A DNA stretch of 24,479 bases from Candidatus Woesearchaeota archaeon. GTDB lineage: Archaea; Nanobdellota; Nanobdellia; Woesearchaeales; JAGVYJ01. Both the position numbers and the translations under genes were made by a program. Shown in pieces: positions 8,633 to 15,185 of the stretch. Every line of letters starts with the position of its first letter. Position 1 is the first letter of the stretch. A model generated the notes under the pieces. It was not told the origin of the DNA, searched no databases, and was given only the letters and a program-made list of their open reading frames with translations. Where the stretch lies: contig JAGVYJ010000031.1 in assembly GCA_018303315.1 (NCBI GenBank), positions 1 to 24,479 of the forward strand. Reading direction: 5' to 3'.

Positions 8633-9094
8633 ATGAAACTTGGCAGGCAGAAGAAATGGGCAGCACAAATCCTTAAGTGCTCTCCAAAGAGGATTGTCCT
8701 TTCAGCGGACAGCCTGCAGGAAATCAAGGAGTCCATTACAAAGGCAGATTTGCGCGGCCTTATCCATGACAATATCATAATCAAGAAGCAGGCAAAGGGT
8801 GTTTCCAGGGCAAGGGCCAACAAGCGTGCTGCCCAGAAAAGGAAAGGCAGAAGGAAAGGACATGGCTCAGCCAAGGGAAGGCACACTGCCAGCGTGCCGA
8901 GGAAAAGCATGTGGATGAGCAGAATCCGCGTGCAAAGGAATTTCCTGAAAATCCTGCGCGAGAAAGGGCACATAAGCACAGCCAGCTATCGGGAGCTGTT
9001 CTCCAAGAGCAAGGGCGGCTTTTTCAGGAATGTGAGGCACATCAAGCTGTACATTGAGGAGCATAATCTGGTGAACAAGGATGGCAAGAAGTAA
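8633..9094 (+). CDS. rpl19e: 50S ribosomal protein eL19
   Basis: QKKWAAQILKC, ITKADLRGLI, GVSRARA, RRKGHGSAKG, WMSRIRVQR, KSKGGFF. Confidence 0.97.
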   Translation: MKLGRQKKWAAQILKCSPKRIVLSADSLQEIKESITKADLRGLIHDNIIIKKQAKGVSRARANKRAAQKRKGRRKGHGSAKGRHTASVPRKSMWMSRIRVQRNFLKILREKGHISTASYRELFSKSKGGFFRNVRHIKLYIEEHNLVNKDGKK

Positions 9095-9605
9095 TCTTTC
9101 GAGAGTTGCCTACAGGAGAAGGCGGGAGCACAAGACCAACTACAGGAGACGGGAAAAGCTTCTTCTGTCCGGGCTTCCCCGTGCTGTCGTGCGCAAGAGC
9201 CTTGGCAACATGCAGGTTCAGATTATAGAGTATGACATGGAAGGCGACCGCATCAGGGTTAGTGCGCATTCAAGGGAACTGCTAAAGCTCGGCTGGAAGT
9301 TCGGCCGTGGCAACATCCCTGCAGCATACCTTACCGGCCTGCTTGCCGGAGCGAAGGCCAAGAATGCAGGCATTACAAGAACAGTGCCTGACTTTGGCCT
9401 GCAGGTAGTGAAGGCTGGCAACCGCCTTTATGCTGCCGTCAAGGGTATCATGGATGCCGGCATTGACATACCTGTTTCTCCGGAAGTCATTCCTTCAGAG
9501 GACAGGCTTTCAGGAAAGCACGTGGCTGGCCATCTGAAACAGGCAGCCGGGATTGATGCTTCAATATCTGAAACAAAAAAGAAAATCCTTGAGGGAAGAA
9601 AATGA
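9081..9605 (+). CDS. rpl18: 50S ribosomal protein uL18
   Basis: YRRRREHKTNYRRR, RAVVRKS, SAHSRELLKLGW, NIPAAYLTGLLAG, AAVKGIMDAG. Confidence 0.97.
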   Translation: MARSNLSRVAYRRRREHKTNYRRREKLLLSGLPRAVVRKSLGNMQVQIIEYDMEGDRIRVSAHSRELLKLGWKFGRGNIPAAYLTGLLAGAKAKNAGITRTVPDFGLQVVKAGNRLYAAVKGIMDAGIDIPVSPEVIPSEDRLSGKHVAGHLKQAAGIDASISETKKKILEGRK

Positions 9606-10372
9606 GCAGGAAACAAGGCGAATCAGCGAAGAAGGGCATGAATGGCGTGGAAGAAAAGGCCCGGATTAAATTCAGTAAAGTGACTGAAGGATGGGAGCCC
9701 AGGACCTCGCTGGGCAGGAAAGTCAAGTCAGGGGAAATCACTGACATTGACACGGTATTGAATGATGGTTACAAGGTTCTCGAAGCAGAAGTGATTGACA
9801 TGCTTCTCCCGAATCTTTCCTCTGAACTGATGATGATAGGCCAGGCAAAGGGGAAATTCGGCGGGGGCCAGAGGAGGGTTTTCAAGCAGACTCAGAAGAA
9901 GACTGCCGAGGGGAACAAGCCGCACTTTTCCACTGCAGTTGTCGTCGGCAACCAGGATGGATATGTGGGCATAGGCTACGGCAAGAGCAAGGAAACGGTT
10001 CCTGCGAGGGAGAAGGCTATCCGCAAGGCAAAGCTTAACATATTCAAAATAAGGCGTGGCTGCGGCAGCTGGGAGTGCGGCTGCAGGACAGGCCACTCAA
10101 TCCCGTACATGGTTACCGGCAAGGTAGGCTCGGTCGTGGTCAGATTAATCCCGGCCCCAAAAGGCACAGGGCTGGTTGCCGAGAAGGAAGTCCAGAAAAT
10201 CCTGCAGGCAGCAGGAATCAGGGACATATGGTCGAAGAGCATTGGCCAGACAAGGACTAAATTCAACATGATAATGGCTACCGACGCTGCTCTCAGGAAG
10301 CTGACAAAGACAAAAGTCAAGCCTGCCTCAGCCGAGAGGCTTGGCCTGATTGAAGGAAAAATAGTTGCATAG
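9602..10372 (+). CDS. rps5: 30S ribosomal protein uS5
   Basis: WEPRTSLGRKV, GQAKGKFGGG, VVVGNQDGYVG, GCGSWECGC, RLIPAPKGTGLV. Confidence 0.98.
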   Translation: MSRKQGESAKKGMNGVEEKARIKFSKVTEGWEPRTSLGRKVKSGEITDIDTVLNDGYKVLEAEVIDMLLPNLSSELMMIGQAKGKFGGGQRRVFKQTQKKTAEGNKPHFSTAVVVGNQDGYVGIGYGKSKETVPAREKAIRKAKLNIFKIRRGCGSWECGCRTGHSIPYMVTGKVGSVVVRLIPAPKGTGLVAEKEVQKILQAAGIRDIWSKSIGQTRTKFNMIMATDAALRKLTKTKVKPASAERLGLIEGKIVA

Positions 10373-10377
10373 GTAAA

Positions 10378-10788
10378 ATGGCGGAAACAAAAGGAAAAAT
10401 AGCAGTCGTCCTCGTGCGGGGGAGGATTAACCTGAAGCCGGACGTACTTTTCACACTTAACATGCTCAGGCTTTACAGGAAGAACTCCTGCATGGTCATG
10501 GACGACACTCCGGCAGGCAGGGGCATGCTGAAGAGGGTTAAGGACTATGCAACTTTCGGAGAGGTTGATGATGCCCTGCTTGCAGATCTTGCCTCAAAAA
10601 GAGGCCAGCCGGCAAAGGATGATGACAAGGCGTTAACAATTAATAGTAAGAAGTATAACAGGGTTTTCCACCTTGCTCCGCCAAGGAAGGGATTTGAGAG
10701 GAAAGGCATCAAGGAGCCGTACTCCAGAGGGGGAGCCACTGGAAACAGGGGAAGCAAAATGGCTGATCTTTTGAGGAGGATGATGTAA
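10378..10788 (+). CDS. rpl30: 50S ribosomal protein uL30
   Basis: IAVVLVRG, TLNMLRL, GMLKRVKDYATFGE, FHLAPPRKGF, GATGNRG..M..LLRRM. Confidence 0.96.
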   Translation: MAETKGKIAVVLVRGRINLKPDVLFTLNMLRLYRKNSCMVMDDTPAGRGMLKRVKDYATFGEVDDALLADLASKRGQPAKDDDKALTINSKKYNRVFHLAPPRKGFERKGIKEPYSRGGATGNRGSKMADLLRRMM

Positions 10789-10789
10789 T

Positions 10790-11266
10790 TTGGTCAGAAG
10801 GCACAGGGCAAAGCAGACCAGGCAGCGCGGCTCCCACACCCATGGATTCGGCAGCATGAAGAAAGCCAGGGGCTCCGGCAACAAGGGAGGCGTCGGCATG
10901 GCTGGCTCCGGCAAGCGTGGTGACTCGAAAAAGCCATCATTGTGGAAAAATCCGAGGTGGCAGGGCCGCTACGGTTTCACGCGTCTCAGGGCTGAAAGGA
11001 TTACCGGCATTAACGTGAGGGACCTTGAGCAAAGGCTTCCGGGATATGTTGCTTTAGGCATTGTTGAGAAGAAGAATGAAGTTTACGAAGTCAGTCTCCA
11101 GGCTCTTGGGTATAACAAGCTGCTGGGCACTGGCGTGCTGAAGAGCAAGCTTTCGGTTACAACTCCTTACGCATCAAAGGGAGCGATGGAGTCGGTAAAG
11201 AAGGCCGGGGGGCAAGTCCTTGGCCTGAAGGAGAAAAAACCTGTTTCGCCGGAACCTAAACAATGA
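10790..11266 (+). CDS. rpl15: 50S ribosomal protein uL15
   Basis: RQRGSHTHG.G..KKARGSGNKGGVGMAG, GRYGF, GYNKLLGTG, ASKGAMESVKKAGG; TTG start. Confidence 0.96.
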   Translation: MVRRHRAKQTRQRGSHTHGFGSMKKARGSGNKGGVGMAGSGKRGDSKKPSLWKNPRWQGRYGFTRLRAERITGINVRDLEQRLPGYVALGIVEKKNEVYEVSLQALGYNKLLGTGVLKSKLSVTTPYASKGAMESVKKAGGQVLGLKEKKPVSPEPKQ

Positions 11267-12654
11267 GCTTCATAGATACAGTCATAAATTACATCCCTGA
11301 GGTTGCCAAGCCAACCCAGAAAAGGCTGTCTTTCCAGGAGAAGCTCAAGTGGACAGGGATTATTCTTGTTATATTCTATTTGCTGGGTGTGATTCCGCTG
11401 CTGGGCCTGGGCGTCAATGCCCTCGCGAACTTTCAGTTCCTCAGCATAATACTTGGCGCTGAGTTCGGCAGCATAATCTCTCTCGGCATAGGGCCAATTG
11501 TTACAGCTTCCATAGTTCTGCAGCTGCTTAACGGAAGCCACATCCTGAAATTCGACCTGCAGAGCGAGGAGGGAAAGCGAAGATTCACAGGGGTGCAGAA
11601 GCTCCTGTCCATATTTTTCATTGTATTCGAGGCCATAGTTTATGTCTTCCTGGGAGGGCTCCAGCCGAACCCAGGCGGTTCTCACATATCCCTGGTTTTG
11701 CAGCTTATGCTCGGTGGTGTATTGATTCTGCTCATGGACGATGTCATATCCAAATGGGGATTCGGCTCGGGGATATCCCTGTTCATAGCAGCAGGGGTTG
11801 CCAAAAGCATCATGGTAAGGTTCCTGAGCCCGTTTTCGACTTCCGGCGGCATCGGTTTTCCTTTCAGCGACCAGGCGCCTGTAGGCGCGCTGTGGGAGAT
11901 ATTTTATGGCTTCTCGGTTGGCGATCCGAGCATAACCCTTCTGGCAGCTTTTGCAATATTATTCACAATACTGGTTTTTGTGGTTGCAGTATATGGGCAG
12001 GCAATGAAGGTCGAAGTGCCTTTGAGCTTCGGCAGGATACGCGGCCATGGGGTGAGATGGCCCTTGGCATTCATCTATACCAGCAACATCCCTGTCATCC
12101 TGATAGCAGCCCTGCTTGCAAACCTGCAGCTCTGGGCCCGGCTTTTGGAAAATTCCGGCAGGCCCTTTCTGGGAATATACGACCCTTCCGGCTCTGGGCT
12201 GAGTTCTGGTCTTATAGCATGGCTTTCGCCTGTTAACATCCCCAACAACCTGATTGTGGGGACCTTGACAATGACGCAGGTTCTGCACACGTTAAGCTAT
12301 GTATTATTCCTCATGCTTGGTGCGGTTGTGTTCTCAATTTTCTGGGTTCAGACATCCGGCCAGGATGCCAGAAGCATATCCAAGCAGATTATGAATGCAG
12401 GCCTGCAGATTCCCGGCTTCAGGAGGGATGAAAGGGTGCTGGAAAGGTTATTGCAGCGATACATCAATCCTCTTACAGTTATGGGTGCCCTGACAGTGGG
12501 CTTCCTTGCCGCGCTTGCCGACGTAAGCGGCGCCCTGACAAACGGCACAGGGCTTTTGCTTACTGTAATGATTATCTACAGGCTTTATGAGGAGATTGCC
12601 AAGCAGCATGCCATGGACATGTTCCCTGCCATGAGGAGGTTTGTAAAGACATAA
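11263..12654 (+). CDS. secY: Preprotein translocase subunit SecY (Sec61-alpha)
   Basis: KLKWTGIIL, LGIGPIVTASIVLQLL, KWGFGSGISLFIAAGV, YTSNIPVIL, GLQIPGFRRD, GTGLLLTVMI. Confidence 0.98.
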   Translation: MSFIDTVINYIPEVAKPTQKRLSFQEKLKWTGIILVIFYLLGVIPLLGLGVNALANFQFLSIILGAEFGSIISLGIGPIVTASIVLQLLNGSHILKFDLQSEEGKRRFTGVQKLLSIFFIVFEAIVYVFLGGLQPNPGGSHISLVLQLMLGGVLILLMDDVISKWGFGSGISLFIAAGVAKSIMVRFLSPFSTSGGIGFPFSDQAPVGALWEIFYGFSVGDPSITLLAAFAILFTILVFVVAVYGQAMKVEVPLSFGRIRGHGVRWPLAFIYTSNIPVILIAALLANLQLWARLLENSGRPFLGIYDPSGSGLSSGLIAWLSPVNIPNNLIVGTLTMTQVLHTLSYVLFLMLGAVVFSIFWVQTSGQDARSISKQIMNAGLQIPGFRRDERVLERLLQRYINPLTVMGALTVGFLAALADVSGALTNGTGLLLTVMIIYRLYEEIAKQHAMDMFPAMRRFVKT

Positions 12655-13415
12655 TGGTACAGACAAGCTTCGCCGACATTGTGCTGAACCCCCTGCTGAG
12701 CCTGAATCCCCTCATTGTGATTGCACTTCTTTCCTTCATACTTGCCCTCGTCATAAATATCCTCTATAAGTTTCTCACAAACCAGGCACTGATGAAAGGG
12801 CTCAAGGAGGAGATGAAAGAGTACCAGAAAAGAATCCGGAAAGAGAAGGGCAACCCTGCTGAGATGGCAAGGCTGCAGAAGCTGGCCATGAGCGCCAACA
12901 TGAAGTACATGATGCAGAGCATGAGGCCGACGCTGATAACTTTCCTTCCGGCTATCCTGCTGATAGGCTGGTTTTCCGCCCACCTTTCAGTCGACACCAT
13001 AATGCCGAACCAGGAATTCACCTCCACGCTGACGTTTGATGCTGATGTGTCGGGCAATGTAACCGCTGTCCCTCCAGAGAATTTGACTGTTGTTGGGGAA
13101 AGTACGAGGCAGATTGAAAGCTCAAAGGCTGTCTTCAGGTTCCAGGCGCTGGAGGAAGGCGACTACCTGATAAAATACCGGCTCGGTGACAGCGAGTTCA
13201 CCAAGGATGTTTACGTCACAAACCAGCAGGGCCTGCACGCAACCGTCCAGGAAAACGTAAACAGGGACGGCGTCAAGACAATAACCATAGACCATAAGAA
13301 GAAGACATATTTCACGATTCCCGGCTTCAACTACAACGCAGGCTGGCTTCTTACATACTTCATCCTGGTCAGCGTATTCAGCCTCGGCCTGAGACGCATT
13401 ATGAAGCTGCACTAA
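12654..13415 (+). CDS. DUF106/EMC3-Get1 (Oxa1 superfamily) membrane protein with an inserted soluble domain
   Basis: N-terminal TM, charged coiled coil (MKGLKEEMKEYQKR), SMRPTLITFLP motif and C-terminal GWLLTYFIL..FS..LRRIM; conserved slot after secY. Confidence 0.88.
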   Translation: MVQTSFADIVLNPLLSLNPLIVIALLSFILALVINILYKFLTNQALMKGLKEEMKEYQKRIRKEKGNPAEMARLQKLAMSANMKYMMQSMRPTLITFLPAILLIGWFSAHLSVDTIMPNQEFTSTLTFDADVSGNVTAVPPENLTVVGESTRQIESSKAVFRFQALEEGDYLIKYRLGDSEFTKDVYVTNQQGLHATVQENVNRDGVKTITIDHKKKTYFTIPGFNYNAGWLLTYFILVSVFSLGLRRIMKLH

Positions 13416-13425
13416 CCCGGTTCTG

Positions 13426-13527
13426 TTAATTATTACAAAGGTCAGCGGAAAAAAGAGCTTTCAGAATTTCAAACTCACTTTCTATCTTTTTATCTCCGAA
13501 AGTAACATAAATCGGCTTATTGTTCAT
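13426..13527 (-). pseudogene. 33-codon ORF, probable truncated gene remnant (possibly RelE/ParE-like)
   Basis: ATG 13527, SD-like AAGGAG about 10 nt upstream, reads MNNKPIYVTFGDKKIESEFEILKALFSADLCNN*. Family resemblance is from recollection only. Confidence 0.4.
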
Positions 13528-13630
13528 CTCAATTTAACTCCTTGATGACAAAAGTTTTTTTGAACTTGCTCCGCTTCTCCACCCAACTTCCCTTAATCCC
13601 TTTATAAACTCACTTACTTCATTCACAACC

Positions 13631-13644
13631 CAAACCTTTTTAAA
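13631..13644 (+). promoter_or_regulatory. BRE-TATA promoter for rpl34e-rpl14e
   Basis: CAAACC-TTTTTAAA with TATA at 13637-13644, 25 nt before ATG 13669, consistent with a leaderless transcript. Confidence 0.6.
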
Positions 13645-13668
13645 CCCCCTGGCTTTCCTGAGAAGTCC

Positions 13669-13932
13669 ATGGTAGCGCCGAGATTCAGGAGCAGGACGTT
13701 CAGGCGGATTAAGGTAAAGACGCCTGGGAACAGGAATACAATTCATTACAGGCTGAGGAAGCCGGCAAAGGCCCAGTGCGGTAAGTGTGGGAGGCCCCTG
13801 CAGGGGGTCGCCAGGGCCAGGCCGATTCAGCTTAGAAGGTTCAGCAGGAGCCAGAAAAGGCCGGAAAGGCCTTTCGGCGGTGTGCTGTGCAGCTCCTGCA
13901 CAAGGGATGAATTGCGCGCAAGGGCAAAATGA
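13669..13932 (+). CDS. rpl34e: 50S ribosomal protein eL34
   Basis: RSRTFRRIKVKTPG, CGKCGRPLQGV, RPERPFGGVLCSSC. Confidence 0.96.
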   Translation: MVAPRFRSRTFRRIKVKTPGNRNTIHYRLRKPAKAQCGKCGRPLQGVARARPIQLRRFSRSQKRPERPFGGVLCSSCTRDELRARAK

Positions 13933-14408
13933 TTGAGATAGGAAGGGTTTGCCTGAAGATTGCAGGCAGGGACGGTGGAAAGAAAGCTGTTGTAGTTGAC
14001 ATTCTTGACAACAATTATGTTGTCATCGCGGGCGAGACCAGGAAAAGGAAATGCAATGTCAATCATCTTGAATTCCTCAACAAGACAGTCAAGATAAAAA
14101 AAGGGGCAAGCGATGCTGAGCTCGAGAAGGCTTTGAAATCAGAAGGAATTATCCTTAGGAAGACAAAGCCGAAGAAAGCCGGACCAAGGCCTTTGAGGCA
14201 GCACAAGGCAAGGCCGATGGTAAAGCCTGAAACCGTAGCAAGAAAGAAAAAAACCAAAGAGGCTAAGCCCGAAACCGGGCCTGAAACCATTGCCAAGCCT
14301 GAAACAAAAACCGAACCAGGTGCTGATACGAAGACTCTTAACCAGAAAGAAAAGGCCAAGACCAGCAAACCCGCAGCAAAGGCTGCCAAGAAAGCTGTTA
14401 ATTCTTAA
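13929..14408 (+). CDS. rpl14e: 50S ribosomal protein eL14 with long Lys/Pro/Glu/Thr/Ala tail
   Basis: IEIGRVCLKIAGRDGGKKAVVVD..D.NYVVIAG..RKRKCNVNHLE; roughly the second half is low-complexity. Confidence 0.95.
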   Translation: MIEIGRVCLKIAGRDGGKKAVVVDILDNNYVVIAGETRKRKCNVNHLEFLNKTVKIKKGASDAELEKALKSEGIILRKTKPKKAGPRPLRQHKARPMVKPETVARKKKTKEAKPETGPETIAKPETKTEPGADTKTLNQKEKAKTSKPAAKAAKKAVNS

Positions 14409-14415
14409 AGGACAT

Positions 14416-14423
14416 TTTTTATA
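14416..14423 (+). promoter_or_regulatory. TATA box for the Tag-like gene and/or U-tract terminator of rpl14e
   Basis: TTTTTATA 22 nt before ATG 14445 and 7 nt after the rpl14e stop. Confidence 0.4.
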
Positions 14424-14444
14424 CTTGCAGTCCATCCCAGTTGC

Positions 14445-14912
14445 ATGAGAGAAGTGATAAAGGGAAAAGTCCATCGGGTATACAAGCCTGTGAATGACGA
14501 CGAGTTCCTCGACCAGGTTTCTTTCATAGTTTTCATAATAGGATTCAACTATGCAGTGGTCAGGCAGCGCTGGCCGGAAATAAGCAGGGCATTCAAGAAT
14601 TTCTCAGTCAGCAGGGTTGCGGCAATGGACGCTGAGAAGCTGTTGGATGCGAAAGGCATGATAAGGAACAGGAGGAAAATAGCGGCAGTCATAGAGAACG
14701 CCAAATTGTGCCTTGCCCTTCAGAAACAGCACGGTTCTGTGCTGAAATGGGTTGCCAAACTAAAAACAAGTTATGAAAAAGACCCGTTGCTCAGCCCTTC
14801 CCTAAAGGAAGAGTTCCAGAGATTCAGGGGAATCGGGAAAACAACATCCGGCTGGCTCGACAGCATCCACATGGCAAAAGGAAAATATTTGGAATTCGAA
14901 TGGGAGAAGTAA
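14445..14912 (+). CDS. DNA-3-methyladenine glycosylase I (Tag)-like HhH protein, degenerate pocket
   Basis: AFKNFSVSRVAAM, GMIRNRRKIAAVIENAK, HGSV and FQRFRGIGKTT align with E. coli Tag FHQFDPVKVAAM, GIIRHRGKIQAIIGNAR and FKFVGTT. Confidence 0.8.
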   Translation: MREVIKGKVHRVYKPVNDDEFLDQVSFIVFIIGFNYAVVRQRWPEISRAFKNFSVSRVAAMDAEKLLDAKGMIRNRRKIAAVIENAKLCLALQKQHGSVLKWVAKLKTSYEKDPLLSPSLKEEFQRFRGIGKTTSGWLDSIHMAKGKYLEFEWEK

Positions 14913-14964
14913 ACATTCCCGAGATTTCTGTTGGAACACCAGTGATAGACTGGGAATTAAGGAT

Positions 14965-15091
14965 CGCCGGCGCCGGGAGTTTCAACCAAGCGATTGTAAC
15001 CCTCTGTTAAACCGAAAAGTATTTGAACCCGGATGTCTTATTAGACACTAGGCTCTCAACCTAGCGGTCGACCAGATTGACCGTCGCCGGC
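14965..15091 (-). tRNA. Class II tRNA, anticodon GAG (nominally Leu) with Ser-type body and T-loop intron
   Basis: Minus strand folds fully: acceptor GCCGGCG/CGCCGGC plus G73; D stem GGTC/GACC; anticodon stem CTAGG/CCTAG with loop TTGAGAG; variable arm TGTCT-AATA-AGACA; T stem CCGGG/CCCGG with TTCAAA^T after intron removal. CCA not encoded. Confidence 0.92.
14979..15021 (-). other. 43-nt tRNA intron at position 59/60 with bulge-helix-bulge motif
   Basis: T stem, 3-nt bulge AC^T, 4-bp helix TTCA/TGAA, 3-nt bulge AA^T, inner helix ACT/GGT. Cutting after the second bulge nucleotide restores the T loop TTCAAAT. Confidence 0.88.
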
Positions 15092-15114
15092 TTATTTTTC
15101 AGCAGCAACTAAGT

Positions 15115-15126
15115 CTTATTAAGCTT
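15115..15126 (-). promoter_or_regulatory. Putative BRE-TATA promoter of the tRNA gene
   Basis: Minus strand reads AAAG-CTTAATAAG ending 23 nt before G1. Confidence 0.45.
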
Positions 15127-15185
15127 TGACCATAAATTTCCGAAAAATTTGCGGAAGTTATGAATTAAGGTTATTGGCTAGAAAT

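Noticed and set aside
13542-13661. C/D box sRNA (TTGATGA ... CTGA)
   Set aside because: The boxes are about 110 nt apart, with no convincing internal D'/C' pair or terminal stem.
14915-14957. Small inverted repeats between the Tag-like gene and the tRNA 3' end (ATTCCC/GGGAAT, CCAGT/ACTGG); possible att or terminator
   Set aside because: Too short to be significant; no duplicated tRNA 3' end or integrase in the window.
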